The position numbers and the translations under genes are program-made. From NCBI GenBank assembly GCA_945949175.1, contig CAMFDU010000001.1:10500-74499 (forward strand): a DNA stretch of 64,000 bases. The letters are read 5' to 3'. Below are positions 30,268-39,819 of the stretch, in pieces; positions within the stretch are counted from its first letter, which is position 1, and every line of letters begins with the position of its first letter. Under the pieces are notes generated by a model. That model saw only the letters and a list, made by a program, of their open reading frames with translations, searched no databases and was not told the origin of the DNA. This DNA comes from Gulosibacter massiliensis (GTDB lineage: Bacteria > Actinomycetota > Actinomycetes > Actinomycetales > Microbacteriaceae).

Positions 30268-31068
30268 CTAGTCCTGACGGATGATGCTGATTTCGTGGGT
30301 CAGCGTATCGAGCTCGGCTCCGCCCGCCATCGCCTGAATCAACTCGTCGAGCTGAACTTTTTCACGCACGAACGACGCCGTCATGCGACCACGGTTGAGC
30401 AGGTAGAAGTGGTCACCGACGAGGAACGCGTGGTGCGGGTTGTGGGTGATGAAAATCACCGCGACCCCGCGTTCACGTGCAGAGAGAATGTACTTGAGCA
30501 CGATTCCCGACTGGCGAACACCGAGCGCGCTCGTCGGTTCGTCGAGGATCAGCACGTTGGCGCCGAAGTACACCGCTCGGGCAATCGCGACGGCCTGACG
30601 CTCGCCACCCGAGAGGGTGCCGATTGCTTGGTTCGTGTCGCGAAGGTCGATTCCCATGTTGAGCAGTTCGGTCTTGGCGGTTTCCTTTGCAAACTTCGTG
30701 TCCAGAATTCCCAATGGCTTCCACCACTTCTTCGGTTCGTTCCCGAGGAAGAAGTTTCGCCAAACCGACATCAACGGAACCGTAGCGAGGTCTTGGAACA
30801 CCGTCGCGATTCCCTTTGACATGGCGTCACGGGGTGAATTGAACTCGGTCTTTTGCCCCGAGATCAGGAACTCGCCTTCGGTCTGCTTGTGAACTCCAGA
30901 CAGAATCTTGATGAGTGTGGATTTTCCCGCACCGTTGTCTCCTAGAACACACGTGACCTGTCCCGGGTACACCGCGATGTCGACGTCGCGAAGTGCGACA
31001 ACATTCCCGAAGGACTTTCCGACACCCTTGAGTTCGAGAATCGGGTCTACTGATTTCTTGGCACTCAT
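30268..31068 (-). CDS. Sugar ABC transporter ATP-binding protein (single-domain, about 266 aa)
   Basis: Within ORF 30268..31578. ATG 31066-31068 overlaps the permease stop (ATGA). ..[71 protein letters not shown]. Confidence 0.9.
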   Translation of the reverse strand: MSAKKSVDPILELKGVGKSFGNVVALRDVDIAVYPGQVTCVLGDNGAGKSTLIKILSGVHKQTEGEFLISGQKTEFNSPRDAMSKGIATVFQDLATVPLMSVWRNFFLGNEPKKWWKPLGILDTKFAKETAKTELLNMGIDLRDTNQAIGTLSGGERQAVAIARAVYFGANVLILDEPTSALGVRQSGIVLKYILSARERGVAVIFITHNPHHAFLVGDHFYLLNRGRMTASFVREKVQLDELIQAMAGGAELDTLTHEISIIRQD

Positions 31069-32105
31069 TTGCGGGCTCCCTTCGCCTGCTTCGACAGCCA
31101 GGTGTTGACCAATACTGCGAGGAAGAGGATGACTCCGAGGAAGGTCGACACCCAGTCCTGGTCCCACAGTGCGTAGGGGATTCCGATGGCGGCAAATCCC
31201 ATGATGACGGCGCCGATTGATGCTCCGATGGCAGACCCAGCACCACCGTTGAGAAGAGTCCCACCAACTGCCGCGGCGATGATGTAGTAGAACTCTTGTC
31301 CAATTCCCTGACCCGCCTGCATACCGCGCAATTCGAGAAGAGTCATGCAGCCCACGAGCGCGGCCGCTACCGAGGTCAGAACAAAGAGAGTGATCTTGGT
31401 TCGTGCGACGGGGACGCCGGCGTTGCGGGCCGCGTTGGGGTCGCCACCGGATGCGAAAATCCAGTTTCCGAAGGTCGTTCGGGTCAACAGCCAGGTCGCA
31501 AAGATGGTGAAACCAATCCACCAAACGACCGAGATTTGGAACGACGCACCGCCGAACTCGATCTTTGTTGCGAACCAACTACGAGCGGTTTCAAAGCCTT
31601 CGCCAGTGTCAACACCATCTACGCGAACGGTTCCAGTCAGAAGTTTGGTGACCGCGAGGTTGATGCCCTTGAGAACAAAGAAGGTCGCGAGCGTCACGAT
31701 GAATGACGGCAACCCCGTTCTTATGACCAAAAACCCGTTGGCGAGACCGACAAATGCGGCGAACACCAAGGTTGTGAGAAGTGCGGGCCAGACGCCCATT
31801 CCTGCTTCACTGATGAGGTTACCCATCAATAGTCCAGCGCTACCGACCATGACACCCGACGAGAGGTCGAACTCTCCGGCGATCATGAGAAGCGCGACGA
31901 AAATAGAAACGATTCCGATGGGGGCGGCGAACTTAGTCCAACCCGCCGCACCTTGAAGTTGTGCGAACTGTCCGGTCGTATCGACGACGGCGAAGACCGC
32001 AAAAATGACAAGCGCTCCGATGAGGGCTCCCAGTTCGGGGCGACGAAGTGCTTTCGTGAATAGTGAGATGCGCTGAACGCGTTCATCTGTCTTTAGGGCG
32101 GTCAT
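31065..32105 (-). CDS. Sugar ABC transporter permease (RbsC/monosaccharide type)
   Basis: ORF 31065..32117; about 10 TM segments, typical of carbohydrate uptake type-2 permeases. Start is ATG 32103-32105 or GTG 32115-32117. Confidence 0.85.
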   Translation of the reverse strand: MTALKTDERVQRISLFTKALRRPELGALIGALVIFAVFAVVDTTGQFAQLQGAAGWTKFAAPIGIVSIFVALLMIAGEFDLSSGVMVGSAGLLMGNLISEAGMGVWPALLTTLVFAAFVGLANGFLVIRTGLPSFIVTLATFFVLKGINLAVTKLLTGTVRVDGVDTGEGFETARSWFATKIEFGGASFQISVVWWIGFTIFATWLLTRTTFGNWIFASGGDPNAARNAGVPVARTKITLFVLTSVAAALVGCMTLLELRGMQAGQGIGQEFYYIIAAAVGGTLLNGGAGSAIGASIGAVIMGFAAIGIPYALWDQDWVSTFLGVILFLAVLVNTWLSKQAKGARK

Positions 32106-32137
32106 CGTTGACACCACCTTTCTGTATTGGTAAGTCT

Positions 32138-32185
32138 ACAAATAAAAGGAAGAGCGGCTGGCGCTAGTTTCCTTGCGCCAGCCGC
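32138..32185 (-). terminator. Intra-operon terminator/attenuator-like hairpin after the sugar-binding protein gene
   Basis: Minus strand: GCGGCTGGCGC-AAGGAAACTA-GCGCCAGCCGC followed by TCTTCCTTTTATTTG. Confidence 0.5.
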
Positions 32186-32206
32186 CCCCCTTTGTAGTGC
32201 TAGAGA

Positions 32207-33187
32207 CTAGCGCGTACCTGCAGCGACCAGTTCCATAACCTTGTCTACGTTGTCCGCGGTAACGAAACCAGGACCGGTGTAGATGGGGAGTCCACCACCG
32301 AGCTCGTGAGCGTTGGTGATGTTGAGGAACAAGAGGACAACCGACATGTAGCCCTGCGCATACTGCTGCTGGTCTACGGCGAAGGCCATCTTTCCGTCCT
32401 TGATAGCGGTGAGTGCGTCAGCCGACATGTCGACGGTACCGATGATCGCGTTGCGACCAGTGGCGTCCGAAGCAACGAGAGCTGCACCGGTTGCGATGTC
32501 TGCGTTGAGCGCGAAGATGCCATCGATGGCCGGGTCGGCCTCGAGTGCAGCTTGGATCTTGGTAGCCGAACCAGCGAGGTCAGCAAGTCCACCATCGATG
32601 TTGAAGTCAATAACTTCACCTTCGAAGGTCTCACGTGCGCCTGCACAACGGTCGGTCAGACCAGAGTTCGCTGCTTCCTGAATGGGGCAGAGAATCTTGG
32701 TTGCACCAAGGTCGTTGAAACGAAGTCCAGCTTCGCGTCCAGCAACAATTTCGTCCTGACCAACGTGCGTGAACGCACCGAGGTCGCGGAACACCGACGA
32801 ACCAGAGTTCATCGTGACGGTGGGGATACCAGCGTCGGCCGCGGCGAGCATTGCGTCCGTGATGGCTTCAGCGTCGGGAGCCGATGCTGCGATACCCGAG
32901 CAACCACCCGCAACGCCAGCTTCGATGGTCGAAGCCTGCTTTGCCGAGTCGTTCGTCGATCCTTGGTAGTCAAGGGTGACGCCGAGGTCTGCCGCAGCAG
33001 CTTCGGCACCAGCCTGAGCAACCGACCAGAACGTTCCACCGTCACCGTGCGTGTAAACACAGATCTTGATGTCAGCGTTGTCGCCGCCAGCAGCAACAGG
33101 TTCGGTGGTGTCGCCACCGGCCGTTGCACAGCCCGCGAGTGCGAGCGATGATACTGCGGCAAGTGCCGCAAATTTCTTCCAGGACAT
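32207..33187 (-). CDS. Sugar ABC transporter substrate-binding lipoprotein (periplasmic-binding-protein type I, RbsB-like)
   Basis: ORF 32207..33229. ATG 33185-33187 gives MSWKKFAALAAVSSLALAGCA (lipobox), preceded by AAGGAAGAGAGG. Confidence 0.88.
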   Translation of the reverse strand: MSWKKFAALAAVSSLALAGCATAGGDTTEPVAAGGDNADIKICVYTHGDGGTFWSVAQAGAEAAAADLGVTLDYQGSTNDSAKQASTIEAGVAGGCSGIAASAPDAEAITDAMLAAADAGIPTVTMNSGSSVFRDLGAFTHVGQDEIVAGREAGLRFNDLGATKILCPIQEAANSGLTDRCAGARETFEGEVIDFNIDGGLADLAGSATKIQAALEADPAIDGIFALNADIATGAALVASDATGRNAIIGTVDMSADALTAIKDGKMAFAVDQQQYAQGYMSVVLLFLNITNAHELGGGLPIYTGPGFVTADNVDKVMELVAAGTR

Positions 33188-33367
33188 TGAAGCCTCTCTT
33201 CCTTGAGTTTTTAATTGTCCTTCGTGCACCTAGGGCGATGCACGACATACAACACTATGTCATATCAAACGACAGTTGTATAATTTAATCTGGCACTTTT
33301 TTCGAAATTCACATCGATTCGCAAGTTTAGACATCGTCGTCGCACCACCGAAAGGAACACACACGTC

Positions 33368-34240
33368 ATGAGTGCAAAGATTGCTGGCGCACCAATCTCG
33401 TGGGGGGTCATCGAAGTTCCTGGGTGGGGCCATCAGATGAGTCAAGAACGAGTCCTCAACGAGATGACGGAACTCGGATACCGCGCGTGCGAATTCGGAC
33501 CATTGGGGTTCCTGCCCGTCGAGGCCGCGGGTCGTGTCGCGACCCTTCGTGAACACGGGCTGTCCGCCGTTGGCGGATTTGTTCCTGTTGTCCTTCACAA
33601 TGCAGTCCACGACCCAAAACCTGAGATTCGCGCCGAACTCGAGGTATTTAAGGCCGCCGGCGCAGAGGCCATGGTTCTCGCCGCGAGTACAGGCGTCGAC
33701 GGCTACGACAACCGACCCGTGCTGAGTGACACTGAATGGCAGACGCTGTTTACGAATCTCACGGAACTCGAGGCACTCGCAGCCGAATACGGAATTCTCG
33801 CAGTCATTCACCCCCACATGGGAACCATTATCGAATCGGCGGATGACGTCGCGCGCGTTCTCGCGGGTACGTCGATTGGTTTCTGCCTAGATACCGGTCA
33901 TATGCTCATCGGCGGAGCCGACCCCGTAACGTTCGCCCGCGATCACGCGGACCGCGTGAAGCACGTGCACGCCAAAGATGTGAACCTCGCGCTAGCGAAC
34001 AAGGTCAAGTCCGGCGAATGGACCTATTACGAGGGAGTCGCCGCCGGAATGTATGTGCCTCTCGGTCAAGGTGACGTGGACGTCGCGGCGATTGTGCGCT
34101 CTCTCGAGGCAGCGGGATTCACCGGTTGGTACGTGCTCGAACAGGACTACGTCGTGACCGCCGAGCCGGCTGACGGCGAAGGGCCAATCATCGACGCCAA
34201 AGCGAGTGTGAGCTACCTGCGTTCACTTCTCGGCGAATAA
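33368..34240 (+). CDS. Xylose-isomerase-like TIM-barrel protein, probable inosose dehydratase (IolE-like)
   Basis: APISWGV..., HPHMGT, LDTGH, HAKD and GWYVLEQD line up with the B. subtilis IolE landmarks as I recall them (APIGW, HHHLGT, DTGH, HFKD, GWIVVEAEQD). It lies in an iol gene context. Confidence 0.65.
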   Translation: MSAKIAGAPISWGVIEVPGWGHQMSQERVLNEMTELGYRACEFGPLGFLPVEAAGRVATLREHGLSAVGGFVPVVLHNAVHDPKPEIRAELEVFKAAGAEAMVLAASTGVDGYDNRPVLSDTEWQTLFTNLTELEALAAEYGILAVIHPHMGTIIESADDVARVLAGTSIGFCLDTGHMLIGGADPVTFARDHADRVKHVHAKDVNLALANKVKSGEWTYYEGVAAGMYVPLGQGDVDVAAIVRSLEAAGFTGWYVLEQDYVVTAEPADGEGPIIDAKASVSYLRSLLGE

Positions 34241-34246
34241 CGACCA

Positions 34247-34286
34247 ACGACGAACGGCCCGAGGCTTACCTCGGGCCGTTCGTCGT
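34247..34286. terminator. Bidirectional stem-loop between convergent iolE-like and iolG genes
   Basis: Perfect 18-bp inverted repeat ACGACGAACGGCCCGAGG-CTTA-CCTCGGGCCGTTCGTCGT. No clear U-tract on either side (I-shaped type). Confidence 0.55.
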
Positions 34287-34292
34287 TAACAA

Positions 34293-35300
34293 TTAGAGCT
34301 TGCCGTCTACCGACACGGACTTACCCGTTCGAGCCGATTCCGTGGCGGCGTCCGCCAGGACCAACGCAGCTCGACCATCATCAAAGGTCGGGTTGTAGTT
34401 CTTCCCGTCGCGAATCCCGTCGAGGAACAGCGCGAGTTCGCGCCGATACGACACCGCATAACGAACGAGAAAGGCATCGATGAACGGCTCGGCCTGTCCA
34501 GTTCCTGTGGCGTCGTATTTCTGAACGGTGGTCGGCGACACGTTGTGAGCGTGAAACATCGCCTTGTCGCCGAACGCCTCGAGACGCTGGTCGTAACCGT
34601 AGGCCGAATGACGAGAGTTGACGATGACGATGATTTCTCCGCCTCGCCCTCGCATCGTGACCGATACCGAGTCGTAATCGTTCTCGGCTTTAATGTCGTC
34701 GCTGAAGACGTTTGTACCGGCCGCATACACGTCGACGATGTCGGGCACAAAGTATCGCGCCATGTCAAAGTCGTGAATCGTCATGTCACGGAAGATTCCT
34801 CCCGAAACGGCAATATACGCACGCGGAGCCGGGCCGGGGTCACGCGACAAGATAACGAGCTGTTCGAGCTTTCCCGCTTCACCAGCAGCAACCCGCTTTT
34901 GAATCGATTCGAACTGGGGGTCGAAACGTCGGTTAAACCCGATTGCGATGTGGATATTCGCCGCATTCGCCTTGTCGCGGAGTTTTTCGACTTTGGCGAT
35001 GTCGAGATCGATAGGCTTTTCGCACAGTACGTGAATTCCGGCGTCAATCGCGCGGTCGATCATGTCAAGGTGCGTAGGTGTCGGCGACGCAACGACGATG
35101 ACGTCGACCTCGCCCGAATTGAAGACTTCCTCCGGATCGGTCGTAACCTTCCCACCGAATTCCGCTGCAAGCGCTGTCGCACCGTCAATTAACGGGTCGC
35201 AAATCCATGCGAGGTTAGCGCCCTTGGTGTCAGCGATACTGCCCGCGTGAACCTGACCGATTCGACCCGAACCGATGAGTCCGATGTTGAGTTCGCTCAC
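34293..35300 (-). CDS. iolG: Gfo/Idh/MocA family oxidoreductase, probable inositol 2-dehydrogenase
   Basis: ORF 34293..35372. GTG 35298-35300 is preceded by AAAGGAA. NIGLIGSGRIGQVH Rossmann motif and ..HVLCEKPI.. motif; iol context. Confidence 0.78.
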   Translation of the reverse strand: MSELNIGLIGSGRIGQVHAGSIADTKGANLAWICDPLIDGATALAAEFGGKVTTDPEEVFNSGEVDVIVVASPTPTHLDMIDRAIDAGIHVLCEKPIDLDIAKVEKLRDKANAANIHIAIGFNRRFDPQFESIQKRVAAGEAGKLEQLVILSRDPGPAPRAYIAVSGGIFRDMTIHDFDMARYFVPDIVDVYAAGTNVFSDDIKAENDYDSVSVTMRGRGGEIIVIVNSRHSAYGYDQRLEAFGDKAMFHAHNVSPTTVQKYDATGTGQAEPFIDAFLVRYAVSYRRELALFLDGIRDGKNYNPTFDDGRAALVLADAATESARTGKSVSVDGKL

Positions 35301-35313
35301 GGCGTTCCTTTCT

Positions 35314-35327
35314 TTTGTTAAGACAAA
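35314..35327. promoter_or_regulatory. Candidate IolR-type operator TTTGT-TAAG-ACAAA in the iolG/SDR divergent region
   Basis: Palindrome with 5-nt arms and a 4-nt spacer. It sits immediately upstream of a TACAAT hexamer (35330-35335) for the plus-strand gene. Confidence 0.4.
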
Positions 35328-35365
35328 TCTACAATAAAGATACGCGCTTACCCGAGGGAGACCCC

Positions 35366-36328
35366 ATGGCACGGATTGCGATCACCGGCTCGACTGGCTT
35401 CGTTGGCAGCAACATCGCCGAGTCTCTGATGCTGCTGGAGCACTCGGTCGTCGGGCTTACCCGAAACCGGTCAGGCTATAACGCGTCGTGGCCTCTGGTC
35501 GACGTTGACTATTCGTCCGACGAATCGATTTCACACGCACTCGACGGCGCGGACGCGGTGGTTCATTGCGCGATCGCCGACGACTTTCGGCGCCTGATCA
35601 ACGATCGGGCAGCCGCCTACGACAATTACGTTGGCCTGACCGAACGGCTCGCCCGCACCGCGGACGGCAACGGGCAGAAGTTCATTTTCATTTCGACCGA
35701 CTGGGTGATGGACGGTACGGGTCATCGTGAACTCGAGTCCAATCATGGCAACGCCATCAACTATTACGGATATCTGAAAGGCCTCGCCGAGCAAGCCGTT
35801 CACAGTTCACTGGAGGGTCGAGGCGTCGTCGCCCGGGTGGCTGGGGTAATGGGACGTCACCGAATCGCCGAAGCCCCAAGGTTGCAAGACGTCGGGTTCG
35901 GGTTTTACGTCGACACTCTCGTGCGGTCACTTCGCGCCGGGAAAGAGTTTCAGGTCTGGGGCGGCCCCAACGTCAACCAGATCACGACGCCGTCGCTCGC
36001 ATCCGAAGCCGGGGCGCAAATCGGGCGAATAATCGGTCGTGACGCGACGGGAACCTTTCACCTCGTCGGAGACACTGCGGTGACCCGTATGGAACTCGCT
36101 TACGCCACGTGTGATGTTTTCGAGCTGCCGCGTCATCTGATTACCGAGGGTGAGCCACCAGCGGTCGAATTGTTTCCTGGCCCGGTCCCCGTCGATTCGA
36201 GCCTTGGGAACGATTACACCAAATCGGTACTCGGGATCGGCCCCCAACCGCTCGAAGACCTCTTGGGTGCATTCCGCCGGGAAATCGATAGCGGAGTTGT
36301 GAGTCCCCTCACGTCGAGGGAACTCTAG
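35366..36328 (+). CDS. NAD-dependent epimerase/dehydratase (extended SDR, RmlD-like) family protein
   Basis: ORF 35315..36328; ATG 35366 is preceded by GAGGGAG. MARIAITGSTGFVGSNI Rossmann motif and ..YGYLK.. (YxxxK). Confidence 0.8.
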   Translation: MARIAITGSTGFVGSNIAESLMLLEHSVVGLTRNRSGYNASWPLVDVDYSSDESISHALDGADAVVHCAIADDFRRLINDRAAAYDNYVGLTERLARTADGNGQKFIFISTDWVMDGTGHRELESNHGNAINYYGYLKGLAEQAVHSSLEGRGVVARVAGVMGRHRIAEAPRLQDVGFGFYVDTLVRSLRAGKEFQVWGGPNVNQITTPSLASEAGAQIGRIIGRDATGTFHLVGDTAVTRMELAYATCDVFELPRHLITEGEPPAVELFPGPVPVDSSLGNDYTKSVLGIGPQPLEDLLGAFRREIDSGVVSPLTSREL

Positions 36329-37818
36329 TTCTGGGGAAAGCCCAGGTTGATTCCGCCGTGGCTCGGGTCAAGCCAACGCGACGTCATCGTCTTTTCCTGG
36401 GTGTAGAAGTTGACCCCGTACATCCCGTGGGCTTTCGAATCACCAAAGAGTGATGCCTTCCAGCCGCCGAAGGAATAATAGGCAACGGGCACGGGAATCG
36501 GAACGTTGATCCCAATCATGCCGACCTGGATTTCGTTCTGAAAACGACGAGCGGCTCCGCCGTCGTTCGTGAAGATCGCGGTTCCGTTTCCGAAAGCGCC
36601 GGCGTTAATGAGAGCCACTCCCTCGTCGTACGTCTTGACGCGAACAATCGACAACACCGGTCCAAAGATTTCCTCGGTGTACACCTTGGATGTCGTCGGT
36701 ACCTTGTCAATGAGGGTGGGCCCGAGCCAGAATCCGTTGGCGTCACCGTCGACCTCAATTCCTCGGCCGTCGACAACAACATCTGCGCCGTCCGCAATCG
36801 CAATGTCGATGTACGACGCGACCTTGTCGCGGTGCTGCTCCGTGACGAGCGGCCCCATGTCGCACGATCGACGACCGTCACCGATGACGAGCGACCGCAT
36901 GCGCTCGGTGATTTTTTCAATGAGCGAGTCGGCAACGGGCTCGACGGCAACGACGACCGAGATCGCCATGCAGCGCTCGCCGGCTGAGCCGAATCCTGCG
37001 TTGATCGCCGAATCGGCCACGAGGTCGAGATCGGCGTCGGGAAGGACCAGCATGTGGTTCTTTGCTCCGCCGAGTGCCTGGACGCGCTTGCCGTGCTTTG
37101 CGCCGGTCTCGTAGACGTATTGAGCGATCGGTGTCGAACCGACGAACGAAATCGCGTGAACACGGGGGTCGGTCAGCAACCCGTCAACGGATTCCTTGTC
37201 ACCGTTGAGAACCGTGAAGACGCCGTCGGGCAGACCAGCTTCTTTCCATAGTTCACCAAGCCAAATCGCGGCCGACGGGTCTTTTTCGGAGGGCTTGAGG
37301 ACGACGGTGTTTCCCGCGGCAATGGCAATCGGGAAGAACCACATCGGAACCATGGCGGGGAAGTTGAAGGGCGAGATGACACCGACGACACCGAGGGGCT
37401 GACGAATCGAATAGACATCGACACCGGTCGAGGCATTCTCGGTATAGGAACCTTTGACGAGGTGTGGAATGCCGCACGCGAACTCGACGACTTCTTGGCC
37501 GCGCGAGATTTCGCCGAGGGCGTCCGACAGGACCTTGCCGTGCTCCGAGGTCAGGATCTCGGCAAGTTCGCCCTTTTTGGCGTTGAGCAATTCGCGGAAA
37601 CTAAAGAGGATCGCTTGACGACGAGCAATTGAGGTATCGCGCCATTCGGGGAACGCCGCATGAGCGCTTGCAATCGCCTTCTCGATGTCGGCCTGGTTAG
37701 CCAGGACAACCCGTTTGGTTTCCTTGCCGAGGGCAGGGTCGTAGACAGGGGCGGTGCGATCGGTTGTGCCGTGGTCGCGTGCTCCGTTGATCCAGTGCGG
37801 GACAGTGTTTTTTGTCAT
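36325..37818 (-). CDS. mmsA: CoA-acylating methylmalonate/malonate-semialdehyde dehydrogenase
   Basis: 497 aa aldehyde dehydrogenase. HWINGA..., ..VGVISPFNFPAMVPMW.., ..FGSAGERCMA.. (catalytic Cys) and the C-terminal ..PVPVAYYSFGGWKASLFGD.. are characteristic of MmsA/IolA. Confidence 0.92.
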   Translation of the reverse strand: MTKNTVPHWINGARDHGTTDRTAPVYDPALGKETKRVVLANQADIEKAIASAHAAFPEWRDTSIARRQAILFSFRELLNAKKGELAEILTSEHGKVLSDALGEISRGQEVVEFACGIPHLVKGSYTENASTGVDVYSIRQPLGVVGVISPFNFPAMVPMWFFPIAIAAGNTVVLKPSEKDPSAAIWLGELWKEAGLPDGVFTVLNGDKESVDGLLTDPRVHAISFVGSTPIAQYVYETGAKHGKRVQALGGAKNHMLVLPDADLDLVADSAINAGFGSAGERCMAISVVVAVEPVADSLIEKITERMRSLVIGDGRRSCDMGPLVTEQHRDKVASYIDIAIADGADVVVDGRGIEVDGDANGFWLGPTLIDKVPTTSKVYTEEIFGPVLSIVRVKTYDEGVALINAGAFGNGTAIFTNDGGAARRFQNEIQVGMIGINVPIPVPVAYYSFGGWKASLFGDSKAHGMYGVNFYTQEKTMTSRWLDPSHGGINLGFPQN

Positions 37819-37840
37819 GTTTATTCCTTTTGTCTAAAGT

Positions 37841-38722
37841 CTACGAACCGTGAACGAGTTGTGCAGCGGTGTCAACGGCTTTGGCCACGTCTCCGCTTCC
37901 GGGGTACAGCATCGAGCGACCGACAACGAGTCCTCGCACACCGGGCAGCGCAAGCGCGTTGGTCCACCGTTCGATGAGTTCGTCTTCATTGTCACCCGGG
38001 TCTCCGCCGAGGAGAAGTGTCGGCAGTGTCGTCGACGCCATGACACGTTCCATGTCGGGAACAACGGGCAGTTTCAGCCACGAGTAGGCACTCGAGTTTC
38101 CGAGTCCCGCCGCGATGGCGACCGAGAGAATGACCTGGTCGGTCGCGAGATTGTTGGTGATTGACCCACCGACCCATTCGCTCATGAACGGTTCGAGCAT
38201 GATGGGGATTTCGAGCTCGACCGCCTCACTCACAGCGAACGCCGTCGATTCGAGAGTGTCGACGGTCGCCGCGTCTTTCAAGTTAATACGAACAAGGTTC
38301 TTGGCGAAATCGAGACCGTCGCGCTGGATGGCCGGCATGTCGTAGGCCGTGTACCGGTCATCCATCTCGAAGGACGAACCGCGCAAACCGCCGCGGTTCA
38401 TCGAGCCGACCACGATTTTGTTGTCAAGAAGCCCAAGCAGCGCAAGGTCGTCGATGATGTCGGGGGTGCCGAGCACGCCGTCTACACCGGGTCGGCCCAA
38501 TGCGATCGCGAGATTGTTCAAAAGTTCATAGCGATCCGCCATCGCTGTCGGGTTCGAACCGACGGCGAGCGCCCCACGCGCCGGGTGGTCGGCTGCGACG
38601 ATCATGAGTCGGCCGTCACCGGCGAGGAGTTCGCGCCGCTGACGCTTCGCGTACACCTCGGCGAGTCGGCCGGGGTTCGTCGCGCGCGTTTCACGCAGCG
38701 CATCAAAGTCAAGTTTCACCAT
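37841..38722 (-). CDS. DeoC/LacD-type class I aldolase-like (beta/alpha)8 protein, probable 5-dehydro-2-deoxyphosphogluconate aldolase analogue
   Basis: ORF 37841..38869. ATG 38720-38722 overlaps the iolC stop (TAATG). ..GRLMIVAADHPARGAL...VDGVLGTPDII... It lies between iolC and iolA, as in actinobacterial iol operons (recalled). Confidence 0.65.
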   Translation of the reverse strand: MVKLDFDALRETRATNPGRLAEVYAKRQRRELLAGDGRLMIVAADHPARGALAVGSNPTAMADRYELLNNLAIALGRPGVDGVLGTPDIIDDLALLGLLDNKIVVGSMNRGGLRGSSFEMDDRYTAYDMPAIQRDGLDFAKNLVRINLKDAATVDTLESTAFAVSEAVELEIPIMLEPFMSEWVGGSITNNLATDQVILSVAIAAGLGNSSAYSWLKLPVVPDMERVMASTTLPTLLLGGDPGDNEDELIERWTNALALPGVRGLVVGRSMLYPGSGDVAKAVDTAAQLVHGS

Positions 38723-39669
38723 TACGACATCTCCTTCACGATGGCGAGCACCTCGTCGGTCGTCGGCATCGCCGTCGAACATTCGAGACGTGACGCCACA
38801 ATCGCACCCGCCACGTTGGCAAAGCGAAGCACATCGTCCAGTTCCCAGCCCTGTATGAGTCCGTAGCACAGTGCTCCTCCGAATGAGTCACCGGCACCCA
38901 GTCCGTTGACAACCTCGACGACGTACGGGGGCACTTCGACGGCACCATCGCGCGTCTTGGCAAGAACACCCTTGGGGCCTTGTTTGACGATGGCCAGTTC
39001 AATTCCGCGGTCGAGAAGCGCGTCTGCAGCCCGGTGCGGTTCGGTTTCTCCTACGGCGACCTGGCACTCTTCTTTGTTGCCCACAGCAACGGTGACTTTG
39101 GATAAGGCCAATTCCGCTTCGGTCGTTGCGAGTTCGGGAGAATCCCAAAACATCTCGCGATAGTCGAGATCGAGGATGGTGAACGGCTTACGCCCGCGAG
39201 CATCCCACGCAACGTGGTGTGCGTCTCGCGACGGTTCTTGGCTCAGTCCGGTCAGTGTCGACCAATAAACAGTCGCCTCGCTAATCGCGTCGAGGTCTAA
39301 TTCCGAGGCCTTGATTTCAAGATCCGGCGCTTTCGGTTCTCGGTAAAAGTACAGCGGAAAGTCATCCGGCGGGTAGATCTCGCAGAACACGACCGGCGTG
39401 TTCAAACCTGTAACTCCTGACACAAATTTGTCGCTAACACCAAGGCGGAGGAGTTCGTTGTGAACGAATTTTCCGAATGGATCGTTACCAGTGCGCGTGA
39501 TGACCGCAGAGTTGAGACCGTGCTTTGCCGCGGCGACAGCGACGTTGGTTGCACTTCCGCCGAGGAACTTACCGAACGTCGTGACATCCTCTAATCCGAC
39601 ACCGATTTGCAACGGATAGACATCGATGCCGACGCGCCCAATAGTGATGACGTCAAATGAGGTTGTCAT
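38722..39669 (-). CDS. iolC: 5-dehydro-2-deoxygluconokinase (PfkB family)
   Basis: FDVITIGRVGIDVYP...GGSATNVAVAAAKHG... and C-terminal ..VVNGLGAGDSFGGAL.. PfkB motifs; iol context. Confidence 0.85.
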   Translation of the reverse strand: MTTSFDVITIGRVGIDVYPLQIGVGLEDVTTFGKFLGGSATNVAVAAAKHGLNSAVITRTGNDPFGKFVHNELLRLGVSDKFVSGVTGLNTPVVFCEIYPPDDFPLYFYREPKAPDLEIKASELDLDAISEATVYWSTLTGLSQEPSRDAHHVAWDARGRKPFTILDLDYREMFWDSPELATTEAELALSKVTVAVGNKEECQVAVGETEPHRAADALLDRGIELAIVKQGPKGVLAKTRDGAVEVPPYVVEVVNGLGAGDSFGGALCYGLIQGWELDDVLRFANVAGAIVASRLECSTAMPTTDEVLAIVKEMS

Positions 39670-39716
39670 TAGTCATTACTTTCGGTGGGTAGCGGTGCGG
39701 AATCCGATCTCTTAGT

Positions 39717-39730
39717 TATGTTAGGACATA
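39717..39730. promoter_or_regulatory. Candidate IolR-type operator TATGT-TAGG-ACATA upstream of iolC
   Basis: Palindrome with 5-nt arms and a 4-nt spacer, 48-61 nt upstream of the iolC ATG. Confidence 0.4.
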
Positions 39731-39819
39731 TTGGCTCGTTTCGCTAGCCAACGGCACACACGCAGCACTCTGACCGCGGAATACGGTAAGACGGGGGTGC
39801 TAACTGTCACACTGGGAAC

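Noticed and set aside
31069-31578. The 170-aa N-terminal extension of the sugar ABC ATPase ORF
   Set aside because: It overlaps the permease gene in another frame and is Arg/His/Trp-rich nonsense. The ATPase starts at the ATG that overlaps the permease stop (ATGA).
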